From: a virus
Lineage: Duplodnaviria; Caudoviricetes
Virus record (IMG/VR): IMGVR_UViG_3300028591_000086
Coordinates: 64,001 to 128,000 of that record
Strand: one strand, 5' to 3'
Length of the DNA stretch: 64,000 nucleotides
Position 1 is the first letter of the stretch; each line of letters begins with the position of its first letter. Below are positions 36,803-47,157 of the stretch, in pieces. A program made the position numbers and the translations under genes. Below the pieces are notes generated by a model. That model was not told where the DNA came from, ran no database searches, and saw only the letters and a list, made by a program, of their open reading frames with translations.

Positions 36803-39800
36803 TCATTGATTCATCATAGGGTTCATTCCACCCATCATAGCAGGATTGAAAATGTTTCCATTACCATTCTGCTGTGACATATGTGTCATCATATCCATCA
36901 TCTTCTGCTGATATTCATCATTCATGATTCGTCTAAATAAGTCTTTAGCTTCAGGTGAACCATTTACAATATTAGCATATCTTGACATGAGATTAGGATT
37001 CATCATTACATTATTCATTCCCATGCCCATTCCACTATCGCTTACCATCTTAGATGAATTGAACATGTTTTCATCTACACGTTCTGTAAGACTATATGTT
37101 AATCCATCTGTCATCATAGCGTTTACAGTGGTTTGATTTACAAAGTACTGTTTTATTTCAACCTGTGTTGCTTCAACGTAACCCATGTTCTGGATAAATT
37201 GATTTCTAACCTCAGGTTGTCTAATCGTATTTGCCAAACCAGCCTGTTTAATTTCATCAGCCATACGTGTTATCAGTGATCCAGTATTAAACATTCGTTT
37301 ATCCTGTCTCATATAATCAATATCTTTACTTCCTCGATATTCAGGACGTCTTACATATGAATATCTCAATTCACGGTTAACTCCATTCTGAACATACCGT
37401 GTTCCTTCAATAATGCTTCTGTAAGTATTATCAAGTTTACACAGTAATCCTCTCTCAATACATGTTGCGATTGAAGGAGAAGGGAATAAGTTATTATCGA
37501 TATCCACAACAATGTATGGAGCAATTGTAGAGAATTGTGGATATTTGATGAGATATTCTTTGAGCAAAGCTCTAAGACACTGATTAAATCCATCTGCTAT
37601 TATAGAAGATCCAACTTCAACATACTCAGTAATAGTATATATTACTCGATTTGTTTCTGTATTGAATGATTCTATATATTTAATACTAGCAACCATGAAT
37701 TCGTTATAATCAGATGCAAGAGAATCCAAGTTGTTAACTTTAGCATTCTTATTTTCCAATTGCATTCTAAACTTAAGAACGTCTTTAGTAGTTGCTTGTG
37801 CAGATGAACTCCATCTAGCAATAATACCAACGTGTCCATTAGATGGTTTTCTAGATGGGAATGTTGAATATCGTTTATCAAAATCTCTGATATACTGATC
37901 ATTCTTAGTATATTGGAATATAAAATTATCTTGTAAAACAATTCGTTTTCCTTTATACGCCAATATCTCAGGATTGATATATTTAACAAGAGCTTCGAAA
38001 GTTGCTTCTTTAGCGTATATTACAGAATCACTGAACAACACAACCCACTTATACTTCTTTCTCTTTCTCTTGAGTGTTCCAGTTCCGTCGTCTTCAGCGA
38101 TTTCGTTAAAGAATGAGAAAGGAACTCTTGGGTTAATCCAGTCATATTTAACATTATACAAATCCGAATCATCAAGATTTGAACAAATGATACGAATACC
38201 ACTTTCAAAATCTACTACAGGAATTTCATACGAATTCTCATTTAAAATGAGTTTATATGGTACATCTGTTTGTGCACTAAGCTGTTCTATGAAATCATAG
38301 AATACAGTTTCTTCAAATTCCTGAGTCAATGATTTTTCACGTTCGAATGGATTAATTTTTCCATTCAGTTTAGCAATATCGTTTTTAGAAAGTTTAAGAT
38401 CAGGCGATTTCACGAAAATAGTTTTACGTTTCTCAGCCTTTTCTTTTCTCTGTCTTTCAAATTCAATATCACTAAATGTATTGGTTGCTTTATCTGAATC
38501 AAACATTGAAGCATCGTATTCTGTTCGTGTATTAAAAATGTTTCCTTTCTTAGTTTTTGGTTTTTCAGAAGTTTCATTTTTAACTTCAGATTTAACAGAT
38601 TCTTCAATTTTAGAATTCATTGATTTAGGTTTAAGAACAAATGGTTTTTGTTCAGCCGTATTAGGTTGCTGATCTTTTTCCAATTCAACAACAGGTTTAA
38701 CTGATTCTCCAGATTTAACAGATTTAAAAATCTCGTCTTCTCTTGCATCTCTACCACTGTTCTTACCGCAATATCTTGAAACAATATCTGAATATTTAAG
38801 AGTTTTCTTGACCCCATTACATGAACATTCGAACTCTTCGTTCGAATCACGTATAAACAGATGTTTATCTTCGTCAATAATTTTGAAATGTGAACGATCG
38901 GCAATAGCTTTAACAGTTTTCTTATGGTATTCATTTACTTTATTGTGAAGTAAAGATTCCATACATGAAGGACAGTTTACTACTAACGTTTCTGTTCCAT
39001 CTAAATTATTTCGTTTATCAGAGAAATCAATACCATACATCGACGATATTTCTTCCAGTTTGCTTATTTTTACAAAATCATCCAATGAATCAAAACTTAC
39101 TTCTTTATGACAAGTTTTACATTTTGCAAAAAGCTTACCGTTTCTACATTCAAAAGAATCGGTATCGTATGGTATATATTTCAATTTATCAACCATGAGA
39201 TGCAAATCATTGTTTATGATTGTAGACAGATCATCTGCATCATAACATTCATCTCCAATCCATACAACGTTAGGATTGTCGTCATTTGCTTTCTCAAGTT
39301 CATCTTCTGGTTCTTCAGTTACTGAAAGTTCAGACTGTTCAGACTCAGGTTCTTTATCATCTTCCAATGCTTTGAGGGCATCTTCTGCTTCTTTAGCTTT
39401 AAGATTAGCTTCAGCAGCAAATTGTTCTGCTGTTTCTTTAGCTTTATTAGCGGCTTCAATTTCAGCAGCTGCTTTAGCCTTTTCAGCTTCAAGTTCTGCT
39501 TTCATTTTTGTTTCCATCTCAGCTTTTGCTTTAGCTACTTCTTCAGAAGCTTTCTTCTGAGCTTCACGCATAACTTCTTGTTTAGCTTCTTCAATCGCTT
39601 TTTGTTTTTCTATTTCAGCTACTTTCTTAGCATTTTCAATAGCTTCAGCTTTTTCAGCTTCAATGCGTTTGATTTCAAGTTCATTATTAATAAAGCCACC
39701 GTTCTCTTCAAGTTCAGTATCGATATCTACATCCTCATCATTTTCTTCTTCAACATCGATAATAGCATCCGAGTCATCAGCCATATCATCACCATTATCT

Positions 39801-40438
39801 TCAATTTCAATAGATGGAGAAACTGCTTCTTCAGAAATAGATGCCGAGTAATCATCATCTGATGCCATATATTTTGAAACATCATCATCTATTTCTTTAT
39901 TATCTTCCCATTCCTGATATTCACGTTCTTCTTCATCTGCATTATCGTGAACAGGTTCAGATGGTATTTCTTCAGATGCAACTTCTTCTTCAACGTCTCT
40001 AACATCAAGATCAAATTCACTCATATCGATATCGTCGTCGTTATCTATATCGACATCATCTTCTTTCTTTTCACCTTTCATTTCATCAATTGCTTCTTTA
40101 ACTACATCGATTCCGTGTTCTTTAAGAAGTTCGATTCCTTTAACACGCATATTTTCTTTCTGTTGAGCTTTAAGTTCATCATCTGAAAGAGAACCACATC
40201 CTGTACACACAAATCCATTAAAATATATCGAATTTAACAAGGCAAATGGTGTCATAGTAAATTGTCTACCACACCTCATACATTCACAATTAATTAATGC
40301 GGTCTTATATGGAATCGGTTTAGTTTCATCCTCCAACAACAATCTAGTTGGACATTCTGGTCCATATTGATTGTGCAAGATATTGTTGATATCTTTGGCG
40401 GTTATTATCGGTTTATTCCACTCAAATTCATCAGCCAT
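36803..40438 (-). CDS. Large hypothetical protein: Zn-ribbon motifs, acidic tract, Ala/Glu/Lys coiled coil, C-terminal Met-rich tail
   Basis: CMRC...CTGC and CKTC...CPSC pairs; long D/E tract; ends NPAMMGGMNPMMNQ; SD AGGAGG; early-like motif at 40480-40489. Confidence 0.7.
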   Translation of the reverse strand: MADEFEWNKPIITAKDINNILHNQYGPECPTRLLLEDETKPIPYKTALINCECMRCGRQFTMTPFALLNSIYFNGFVCTGCGSLSDDELKAQQKENMRVKGIELLKEHGIDVVKEAIDEMKGEKKEDDVDIDNDDDIDMSEFDLDVRDVEEEVASEEIPSEPVHDNADEEEREYQEWEDNKEIDDDVSKYMASDDDYSASISEEAVSPSIEIEDNGDDMADDSDAIIDVEEENDEDVDIDTELEENGGFINNELEIKRIEAEKAEAIENAKKVAEIEKQKAIEEAKQEVMREAQKKASEEVAKAKAEMETKMKAELEAEKAKAAAEIEAANKAKETAEQFAAEANLKAKEAEDALKALEDDKEPESEQSELSVTEEPEDELEKANDDNPNVVWIGDECYDADDLSTIINNDLHLMVDKLKYIPYDTDSFECRNGKLFAKCKTCHKEVSFDSLDDFVKISKLEEISSMYGIDFSDKRNNLDGTETLVVNCPSCMESLLHNKVNEYHKKTVKAIADRSHFKIIDEDKHLFIRDSNEEFECSCNGVKKTLKYSDIVSRYCGKNSGRDAREDEIFKSVKSGESVKPVVELEKDQQPNTAEQKPFVLKPKSMNSKIEESVKSEVKNETSEKPKTKKGNIFNTRTEYDASMFDSDKATNTFSDIEFERQRKEKAEKRKTIFVKSPDLKLSKNDIAKLNGKINPFEREKSLTQEFEETVFYDFIEQLSAQTDVPYKLILNENSYEIPVVDFESGIRIICSNLDDSDLYNVKYDWINPRVPFSFFNEIAEDDGTGTLKRKRKKYKWVVLFSDSVIYAKEATFEALVKYINPEILAYKGKRIVLQDNFIFQYTKNDQYIRDFDKRYSTFPSRKPSNGHVGIIARWSSSAQATTKDVLKFRMQLENKNAKVNNLDSLASDYNEFMVASIKYIESFNTETNRVIYTITEYVEVGSSIIADGFNQCLRALLKEYLIKYPQFSTIAPYIVVDIDNNLFPSPSIATCIERGLLCKLDNTYRSIIEGTRYVQNGVNRELRYSYVRRPEYRGSKDIDYMRQDKRMFNTGSLITRMADEIKQAGLANTIRQPEVRNQFIQNMGYVEATQVEIKQYFVNQTTVNAMMTDGLTYSLTERVDENMFNSSKMVSDSGMGMGMNNVMMNPNLMSRYANIVNGSPEAKDLFRRIMNDEYQQKMMDMMTHMSQQNGNGNIFNPAMMGGMNPMMNQ

Positions 40439-40635
40439 TTTATATATTTCCTCCTTTATTTGCTTTATTCTATATAAATAGAATATACACTTTATTTAAG
40501 GTTTATATTTTTCCGTAAATGTATAATCGTTAAAAAGTTATACAAACTATTAAAAAACATACATTAGACGCTAATTATTAATAAAAATCGACATATTAAT
40601 GAATTTCAAATTCTAATAAATTTAGGAGGACAATT

Positions 40636-42099
40636 ATGTCTAGCCTTGTACAAAATAATAATGCTTTGGTTTTTGGTTCACAAAATCCATTTAGAAATTA
40701 TGTTACGGAGCCAGGTCTTAAAAATACATTCATGCATCTTTTATTAGACAAAAGCTCTAAAATATACAGAAGCCGAAGTTGGAACGTTTTCTGTTTAGCT
40801 AACAAGATTTTTCCAAATAAAGTTGCTGAGATTAATGAAAATATTCGTTACGGAATAGGTAAACTTATTGATCCTTTCATAGGATACAATTTACAGAAAA
40901 CACACGATCAAATTTATTCTACACAACGTCAAAAATACGTTCAAGGAGAAATCGCGTTAACCAACGAACTTGTAAAACTTACAGGTATCAAAAATACTTT
41001 AGTAATGGTTATTGATAATGAAATTGAACATTATGGAACACGCCATGGTATCATAACTTATATCACAAGAAATATGGTAAACGGTTATTCAAGCGAATTA
41101 ATTGCTTCATGGAGTAATAAATTCTTCAAATTCAATGAACCTGATGAATTATCAATGGTTATCGCTATTCCTAAACAATACATTGCTACTGTTGTTGAGA
41201 ATGTATTTGCTGCATCTTCTAAAGAATTAAATAGCATCAGCACAGATAAAATAATCATAAAAGGAAATATGGTAGATGAAATCTCGATAGATTTAATTAA
41301 ATCTATTTTCTCATCAATCTATTCAGACGGAATAAGATGTCGTGTAATCAGTGATATCTTGTTAGCTAATAAACTCCTTCAAACCGAAGGTATGAATATT
41401 ACTGCTACAACTAATGCTAACGACACATATGAAGCAATTAAAGCCGGGGATGTATTTCAGAAACACGCAGAAGCATTACACCAATTCAAAAAATCTTCTA
41501 ATGATGAACATCTCGTTTATGAAATGCTTCAATTCATTAATGAAGGTGCTTCTTCTGCTAAAATAAATCCATACGAATTCTACACATCATTTATTGATAC
41601 TCCATACGCACATATGGAAAATATTTTCAGTAAATGTGGTTCATTCCAAAGATTAGAAGGACAACATATTTCATTCACAGAATTCAATTTCTCTAATAAC
41701 TTATCGGAAATGGACGCTTTCTATGCCGATAAAGATAGAGATATTATACTGTACGGAATCAAACTTATTAGATATCTTCCATTCGTATTATTCAATACTT
41801 ATATAATCGGTGGCGGTTCTGCTCATATAGAAACAAAACAATTACTTGAAAATGCTAAGAAGATAATGGTTTCTATTTTAGGTTACAGAGCATCTAATTC
41901 ATGGAGTGCTCCATTAGTTAACTTTATCGTACAGAATATTAATTACCTTATCGATAAATTATTTGTTGAATTGTCTTCACCTATAACTGTAACTTCTACT
42001 ACAAGAATTGCCCTTACTACCGCTATTAGAAAATTCGGTATTATCGATGAAAACAGAATAGAAGTTCCAAAAGACATTGAAGATCCTGTATCGGAGTAA
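40636..42099 (+). CDS. Hypothetical protein, probably virion-associated
   Basis: SD AGGAGG; late-type GACA-N6-TG at 40590-40601. Confidence 0.6.
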   Translation: MSSLVQNNNALVFGSQNPFRNYVTEPGLKNTFMHLLLDKSSKIYRSRSWNVFCLANKIFPNKVAEINENIRYGIGKLIDPFIGYNLQKTHDQIYSTQRQKYVQGEIALTNELVKLTGIKNTLVMVIDNEIEHYGTRHGIITYITRNMVNGYSSELIASWSNKFFKFNEPDELSMVIAIPKQYIATVVENVFAASSKELNSISTDKIIIKGNMVDEISIDLIKSIFSSIYSDGIRCRVISDILLANKLLQTEGMNITATTNANDTYEAIKAGDVFQKHAEALHQFKKSSNDEHLVYEMLQFINEGASSAKINPYEFYTSFIDTPYAHMENIFSKCGSFQRLEGQHISFTEFNFSNNLSEMDAFYADKDRDIILYGIKLIRYLPFVLFNTYIIGGGSAHIETKQLLENAKKIMVSILGYRASNSWSAPLVNFIVQNINYLIDKLFVELSSPITVTSTTRIALTTAIRKFGIIDENRIEVPKDIEDPVSE

Positions 42100-42101
42100 A
42101 A

Positions 42102-43628
42102 ATGAATAATGTTGTAACAGAAATCGAATCTTACGTTAAAGATTGTTTATCAATAAAACATGATAGAAGTCTCGAATATTATTTTGGTGAAAACAATTCA
42201 TTACGTTTACGTTTAATTGATTGGATTTCAGATATTCGAGAAACGATATCTTCTGTTTCAAAGAATAACCAGAATTTTACACCAAAAGACGGTCTAGAAA
42301 AAATTAAAGACAAAGGCAAATATTTAAGTAAAATTATTTGCGATGAATTTAATATAGAAGGATGTACTGTAGGTTGGTGTAATACAATAAACGCATGTTG
42401 TTACTCACAAATAGGTAATAGTGATTTATTTGGTAATTCAGACGATGCAAAAGATAGACGAATAAAATTGAACGATATTGTTGACACTAAAAACGGTTTC
42501 AAATATAAGAGTAAAAAAGGTCTATATTACGTGGTTTGTCTCGGGTATCCTGTATTCTGTATTGATACAATTTTTACAGTTGAAGAAGCAGCTGCTATAT
42601 TAGTACATGAATTAGGACACGCAATGCAACACGTGGTTAACTCATTCAATCAAACAGTGTGTATATCTATATACAGACAACTTTACAACGAATTAAAATT
42701 CAACGATGATCTAAACTATAATCCCGCATATAAACGTTATGTTAAGCAAATGTTTAAACGCTTAAGAAACGATATAAGAACAAATAACAAAGCAGATTTC
42801 GATAAAGTAGTGAATGATTTCTTAAACGATTCAAAACAATCTGACGGATTCTCGTTCTCAAAAACAGATGAAGAACGAATTCAAGGTATTGTTGGGATGG
42901 GACAAGATTGGGAATTAAATAATGATAAATACCAAGAACAGAGAATGAAAAAGGTTGCTGAAAAGAAAGGTAAATTCTCAACTAAAGTAAAACAATTCTT
43001 TAGAAGTATTTTCAACACTGTTCTTATTATCCCGGCTATTTTCCAAGCTTTAAGAATATCTTCAATGAATTCGAAAGTACAAAAAGATAAAGATATTAAT
43101 CTTTTTAAAATCTTTGAAGAAACTGCTGATGATTTCTGTCAAATGTATGGATTAGGATTAGCCCAAGCTTCTGCTATGAAAAAGTTTGACCAATTCGGAA
43201 ATAATATGAATGTAAATTATGGAAATCTTATGGAAAAAATTCCAATATTAGATTTTTATTGGTCATATAAAGAAATGATGAATGATTACGAATGTGCATT
43301 ACACGGTTATCCATCAGACAAACAACGAATGTTAAATCTTTATAGAAGTGCTAAATTCGAACTTCAAAACAATAAAGATTTATCACAAGCGTCTAAAGCA
43401 GAATTGAGTAAACAAATTGAAGATTATAAGCTAATATATGATGAATTTGTAAAATCTGATGCAAAGAAAGGATGGTTATATAAATTAATGGCTGGTCTTA
43501 GTCGAGATAAAATAGAAGAAGAAGCTAAGAAAGATCCATTCATTTATAGAAACGTATTGATTCCTTTACAAAAACGTATGGATCCAAACTTCGATCCATA
43601 TGAAGAATACTCGGATATTATGGAATAA
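42102..43628 (+). CDS. Zincin-like (M48-like) metallopeptidase domain protein
   Basis: AAILVHELGH; EETADDFCQMYG; HGYPSDKQR. Confidence 0.7.
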   Translation: MNNVVTEIESYVKDCLSIKHDRSLEYYFGENNSLRLRLIDWISDIRETISSVSKNNQNFTPKDGLEKIKDKGKYLSKIICDEFNIEGCTVGWCNTINACCYSQIGNSDLFGNSDDAKDRRIKLNDIVDTKNGFKYKSKKGLYYVVCLGYPVFCIDTIFTVEEAAAILVHELGHAMQHVVNSFNQTVCISIYRQLYNELKFNDDLNYNPAYKRYVKQMFKRLRNDIRTNNKADFDKVVNDFLNDSKQSDGFSFSKTDEERIQGIVGMGQDWELNNDKYQEQRMKKVAEKKGKFSTKVKQFFRSIFNTVLIIPAIFQALRISSMNSKVQKDKDINLFKIFEETADDFCQMYGLGLAQASAMKKFDQFGNNMNVNYGNLMEKIPILDFYWSYKEMMNDYECALHGYPSDKQRMLNLYRSAKFELQNNKDLSQASKAELSKQIEDYKLIYDEFVKSDAKKGWLYKLMAGLSRDKIEEEAKKDPFIYRNVLIPLQKRMDPNFDPYEEYSDIME

Positions 43629-43639
43629 GAATAATTAAT

Positions 43640-43669
43640 AAAACAAGAGCGCATTTGCGCTCTTGTTTT
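43640..43669. terminator. Bidirectional intrinsic terminator
   Basis: AAAACAAGAGCGC-ATTT-GCGCTCTTGTTTT. Confidence 0.88.
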
Positions 43670-43672
43670 TTC

Positions 43673-45739
43673 TTATTTTAATAAACTGTTTATCATAGAG
43701 ATCAATTTACTGTCGTTTCCATAATTAATTTTATCACTATGTTTATTCATTGAATCGGATATATTTGTAAAAGAATTTAAATCTTTCGATTGCATTGATG
43801 GGATAACTGATATATTATTATTCAAACCAAACAACGATGATCCTAAACTATTATCGGATTTCAATTTACATAAAATTTTAGTTCCTAATGTATCCAATTC
43901 AACATCCATCATCGAATCCAAATATTCGAATTCATAATCGACAGAATCATTTCTTATTTCTTTAAAAGTTATATTGCATGAACCACTAGATTTATTAAAA
44001 CTGAATTTTGTAGGTTCTATTAAATTTCTAATATCAAAATTAGAATTTTTAAACACCGCATTTTCAACAATGAAATTAAACGGTGAATCTAATCCTAATG
44101 AATCTTCATCAAATGATACGTTTTTAATATTAGAAATCATTATATCTTTAGCTTTATATGTTGTTTTATTTGAATCTAATCTATACACTTTATCTATATT
44201 AATATTTTTCCCAGAAATAAGTACTGAGTCAGAAACATCAAATGTCCTATTAGTCTCATCAAGAAATTTAGTTTTCTCTACAATATCTTCATTTTCATTA
44301 TCATGACGAACATTAATATTATTTTTAGCATGTATCTCAGATGAAGATATACTTGCCCAAGAATCCAATTCTAACAACAAATTTATATCTTCATCAGTAT
44401 ATATTTTCGTATTATCAATTTTATTAGATAACGAAGAAATCAATTTAATTCCGTTTTTACCAACAATAGTAGAATCGGAGATAGAAATATTACTAGCTAA
44501 TAAATTAATATCGTCATTAACAAAATTTGCATTAGAAATAGTTATCTTATTTACTTGATTGAAATCACTGGTTTTAATCGGATTTACACATTCAATTACG
44601 CTGTCTGTTATAGATATTTTATCTGCTTTTGCTGATGCTATATCTATTAAACCTATTCCAGATATATTCAATTTAGACAAAGATAAAGACTGATTAAATT
44701 TTAAACCATCTTCTGCTATAAGAATTGCAAATGATTTTTTATCATCAACTTCATTAATCACTTTCATATCAGACACATACGTTTTATTCACATTACTTAA
44801 ACCTAAAGTGTATTCTTTTGATGATGAAGTCTGACTTAAATCATTAATCATTAATTCATAACATTTTATAACTTTTATTCCTTTTATATTACTTGCCCCC
44901 GATATATATATACCGTTTATTTTTACAGAATAAATATCTCTAAATGATAATAACGCATCCACAAAACCATTATCTTCATTTATATTATCAAATGTATATT
45001 TTAATGAATTTATCAAAGTGTTTTGTGTTGTATATTTATCAATATTATCCGGTTTTGCTGATAATAAATTTATTGATACAGGTTGTTTAACTGTAACATC
45101 ATATATACTATTATTATCTGAAACTAAATTGAATTTAAACATTCTATTTTTATTAATAGTATTTATCACGCACGATTCTATTTGAATAAATGTATCCGAA
45201 ATTATTGAAATATCATTACTTAATATAATATTTCCATGTGAGATTTTAAACGATTCTAAAGAAACATCTAGATTAGGCATCCTAATTGTACAGAAAGATT
45301 TCGTTATATCTATATTGATGCATGAAAAATTATTAAATATTCCTTTCATAACTTTTTCAGATAATTCCAAATTCTTATCTATACTATCATCAATTATTAA
45401 ATCTAAATAAGTAACCTTAAATAGATTATTTAATATAAATTTATCTATGTTATCATCAGAATCGATATCATAAGATACATACACTGAATCTATTTTTTTA
45501 GTTATTCCAAATATAGAATTAGATTCTTGTTTATTTTTATATGTAGAAACGATTTTATCAAAGTCTTTATTTAATTCTCTTATTCTTATATCCGTTTTTA
45601 TATTAATTACTTCTTTTATCGCTTTTGATGGTATTTTAGTAATATTACCCGAATCATCTAGTAATGTAATATCTATCAATATCCGTTTTGTTATTTTAGT
45701 TAATTCATTTTTTGCTAACGAATCTGTTATATCACTCAT
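43673..45739 (-). CDS. Hypothetical protein, probable beta-helix/beta-solenoid
   Basis: Periodic I-S-I-x-D-S-x-I strands (ISITDSVI, ISISDSTI, ISSSEI, DVSDSVL). Confidence 0.5.
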   Translation of the reverse strand: MSDITDSLAKNELTKITKRILIDITLLDDSGNITKIPSKAIKEVINIKTDIRIRELNKDFDKIVSTYKNKQESNSIFGITKKIDSVYVSYDIDSDDNIDKFILNNLFKVTYLDLIIDDSIDKNLELSEKVMKGIFNNFSCINIDITKSFCTIRMPNLDVSLESFKISHGNIILSNDISIISDTFIQIESCVINTINKNRMFKFNLVSDNNSIYDVTVKQPVSINLLSAKPDNIDKYTTQNTLINSLKYTFDNINEDNGFVDALLSFRDIYSVKINGIYISGASNIKGIKVIKCYELMINDLSQTSSSKEYTLGLSNVNKTYVSDMKVINEVDDKKSFAILIAEDGLKFNQSLSLSKLNISGIGLIDIASAKADKISITDSVIECVNPIKTSDFNQVNKITISNANFVNDDINLLASNISISDSTIVGKNGIKLISSLSNKIDNTKIYTDEDINLLLELDSWASISSSEIHAKNNINVRHDNENEDIVEKTKFLDETNRTFDVSDSVLISGKNINIDKVYRLDSNKTTYKAKDIMISNIKNVSFDEDSLGLDSPFNFIVENAVFKNSNFDIRNLIEPTKFSFNKSSGSCNITFKEIRNDSVDYEFEYLDSMMDVELDTLGTKILCKLKSDNSLGSSLFGLNNNISVIPSMQSKDLNSFTNISDSMNKHSDKINYGNDSKLISMINSLLK

Positions 45740-45748
45740 TTAATTCTC

Positions 45749-46123
45749 CTATTTTTTAAAAAGCGTTCTAACTGCGATATCCGTCATAATCATATATTTA
45801 GATCTAAAATTATTAGTTTTAGTATCTAAATACCCAGGAATTTTTAATATCCAATCTCCAGGTTTAACTAATTCATCGAAACCATTATAACTACTACTTC
45901 CTGATATTAGTAAACGCGTTTCCATAAACATATTATCTGTAAATCCTGTGATAATACTTAAATTATCTTCACCTACAAAGTTTACAATATTAGGAATCGA
46001 TTTGCTATCTTTATACTTAATAGCGTTGATATCATTGAGCGCTAAGTTCAAACATTCAATATCATCATTTAACATTTCGTTTAACCTTCTATTATGGAGC
46101 ATCATCGACATATCCATCGTCAA
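45749..46123 (-). CDS. Hypothetical protein
   Basis: 124-aa ORF; VKPGDWILK resembles a common small phage domain. Confidence 0.5.
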   Translation of the reverse strand: MTMDMSMMLHNRRLNEMLNDDIECLNLALNDINAIKYKDSKSIPNIVNFVGEDNLSIITGFTDNMFMETRLLISGSSSYNGFDELVKPGDWILKIPGYLDTKTNNFRSKYMIMTDIAVRTLFKK

Positions 46124-46907
46124 ACTCTAAAGAATCATAAGCTTTTATTTCGTTTCCATCATTCAATACCGCTGATTGTTTATTTACTTTACTAACAGAT
46201 TTCATATCTGGTAATCTATCTGCTGGTAAATCTTTAACAATTTCACCAGTACGTCTATCTACACCAACGAACTTATCATGCTCACTATCATATCTAGTAA
46301 CAATGTGTTCATTTATACCTACAAGTTTATCATTTTTACTCATAGGAATATCTCCGCTTTTAATTCTCTGATTTATAGTTTTTTCAAGTAAAGCTTCGTC
46401 TTCAGGTTTATTTTTATTTAGGTCATTTTTCTTTTTAGATCCAATTGGTTTAACTGCATCAGGATCTGTTCTTATTATACTAATAATTTGTCTAGCTGTA
46501 GCTGCTGCTATTTCAGAATCTTCTTCATTCAATCCACCGCCATTTCTGAAATTAAGGTCGGCTATAGTTTTCTTTAAAGATATACGATTATTAACTGCTT
46601 GGGCTCTGTATGTTCTAGCACTAACCATTGTTTTAGCCAATTCAGCTACGTCTCGTATATTTCTAGGAACATATTCACCGCCAGTAAGATTTTTATATAA
46701 CCCATGAATTTCATCATATATTTTTTCAGATTCTTCAACTTCTCTATCGAGACATTCCAAATCTTCTTTAAAAAAATTAATATCTTTTACATTTTCTTCA
46801 GTTAATGTGTCCCTAGGTTTAACTTGAGATTTTTTATCCTCTTCTTTATTCGTTTTAGGTTTCGGTTTATTATTATTTTTCGGAGTTAAAATAAATCCGC
46901 CACTCAT
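46092..46907 (-). CDS. Hypothetical coiled-coil protein
   Basis: SD GGAGG; late-type AACA-N6-TG at 46930-46941. Confidence 0.65.
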   Translation of the reverse strand: MSGGFILTPKNNNKPKPKTNKEEDKKSQVKPRDTLTEENVKDINFFKEDLECLDREVEESEKIYDEIHGLYKNLTGGEYVPRNIRDVAELAKTMVSARTYRAQAVNNRISLKKTIADLNFRNGGGLNEEDSEIAAATARQIISIIRTDPDAVKPIGSKKKNDLNKNKPEDEALLEKTINQRIKSGDIPMSKNDKLVGINEHIVTRYDSEHDKFVGVDRRTGEIVKDLPADRLPDMKSVSKVNKQSAVLNDGNEIKAYDSLEFDDGYVDDAP

Positions 46908-46959
46908 AATTTTCCTCCAATATTAGTTTCAATAGCATGTTTTTGTTATAATAGAAAAA

Positions 46960-46989
46960 AGAAAACCTAAATTTAAATTTAGGTTTTCT
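46960..46989 (-). terminator. Palindromic terminator closing the dual-repeat array transcript
   Basis: Perfect 30-bp palindrome AGAAAACCTAAATTTAAATTTAGGTTTTCT followed by a U tract on the minus strand. Confidence 0.75.
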
Positions 46990-46991
46990 AA

Positions 46992-47148
46992 CGATACATT
47001 TACTAAATACGGATTTAATATTCGGTGTCAATACATTACCACCTTTGGATCTATTTAAGCCTATCGATACATTCAGGCATAAAGGATTTAATCATTAAAT
47101 GTAAATACATTCTTGTTTACTGGGGTTAATCAATTCATACGATACATT
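46992..47148 (-). ncRNA. Dual-repeat (TIGR-like) array: 5 edge boxes and 4 loop boxes with 9-10-nt variable segments, period 36-38 nt
   Basis: + strand ATACATT at 46994, 47031, 47067, 47105 and 47142. Internal boxes GGATTTAAT, GGATCTATT, GGATTTAAT, GGGGTTAAT. Promoter at 47158-47167 and terminator at 46960-46989. Confidence 0.6.
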
Positions 47149-47157
47149 ATCGAATTC

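Noticed and set aside
35605-42099. Chimallin (nuclear shell) gene near the RNAP beta' gene
   Set aside because: No ORF of matching size or character is recognisable here; the neighbours are low-complexity or Zn-ribbon proteins. Its presence elsewhere in the genome cannot be excluded.
46992-47148. CRISPR array interpretation of the periodic repeats
   Set aside because: The conserved boxes are only about 9 nt, there are two alternating boxes, the variable parts are 9-10 nt, and no cas genes are present. This does not fit CRISPR repeat/spacer sizes.
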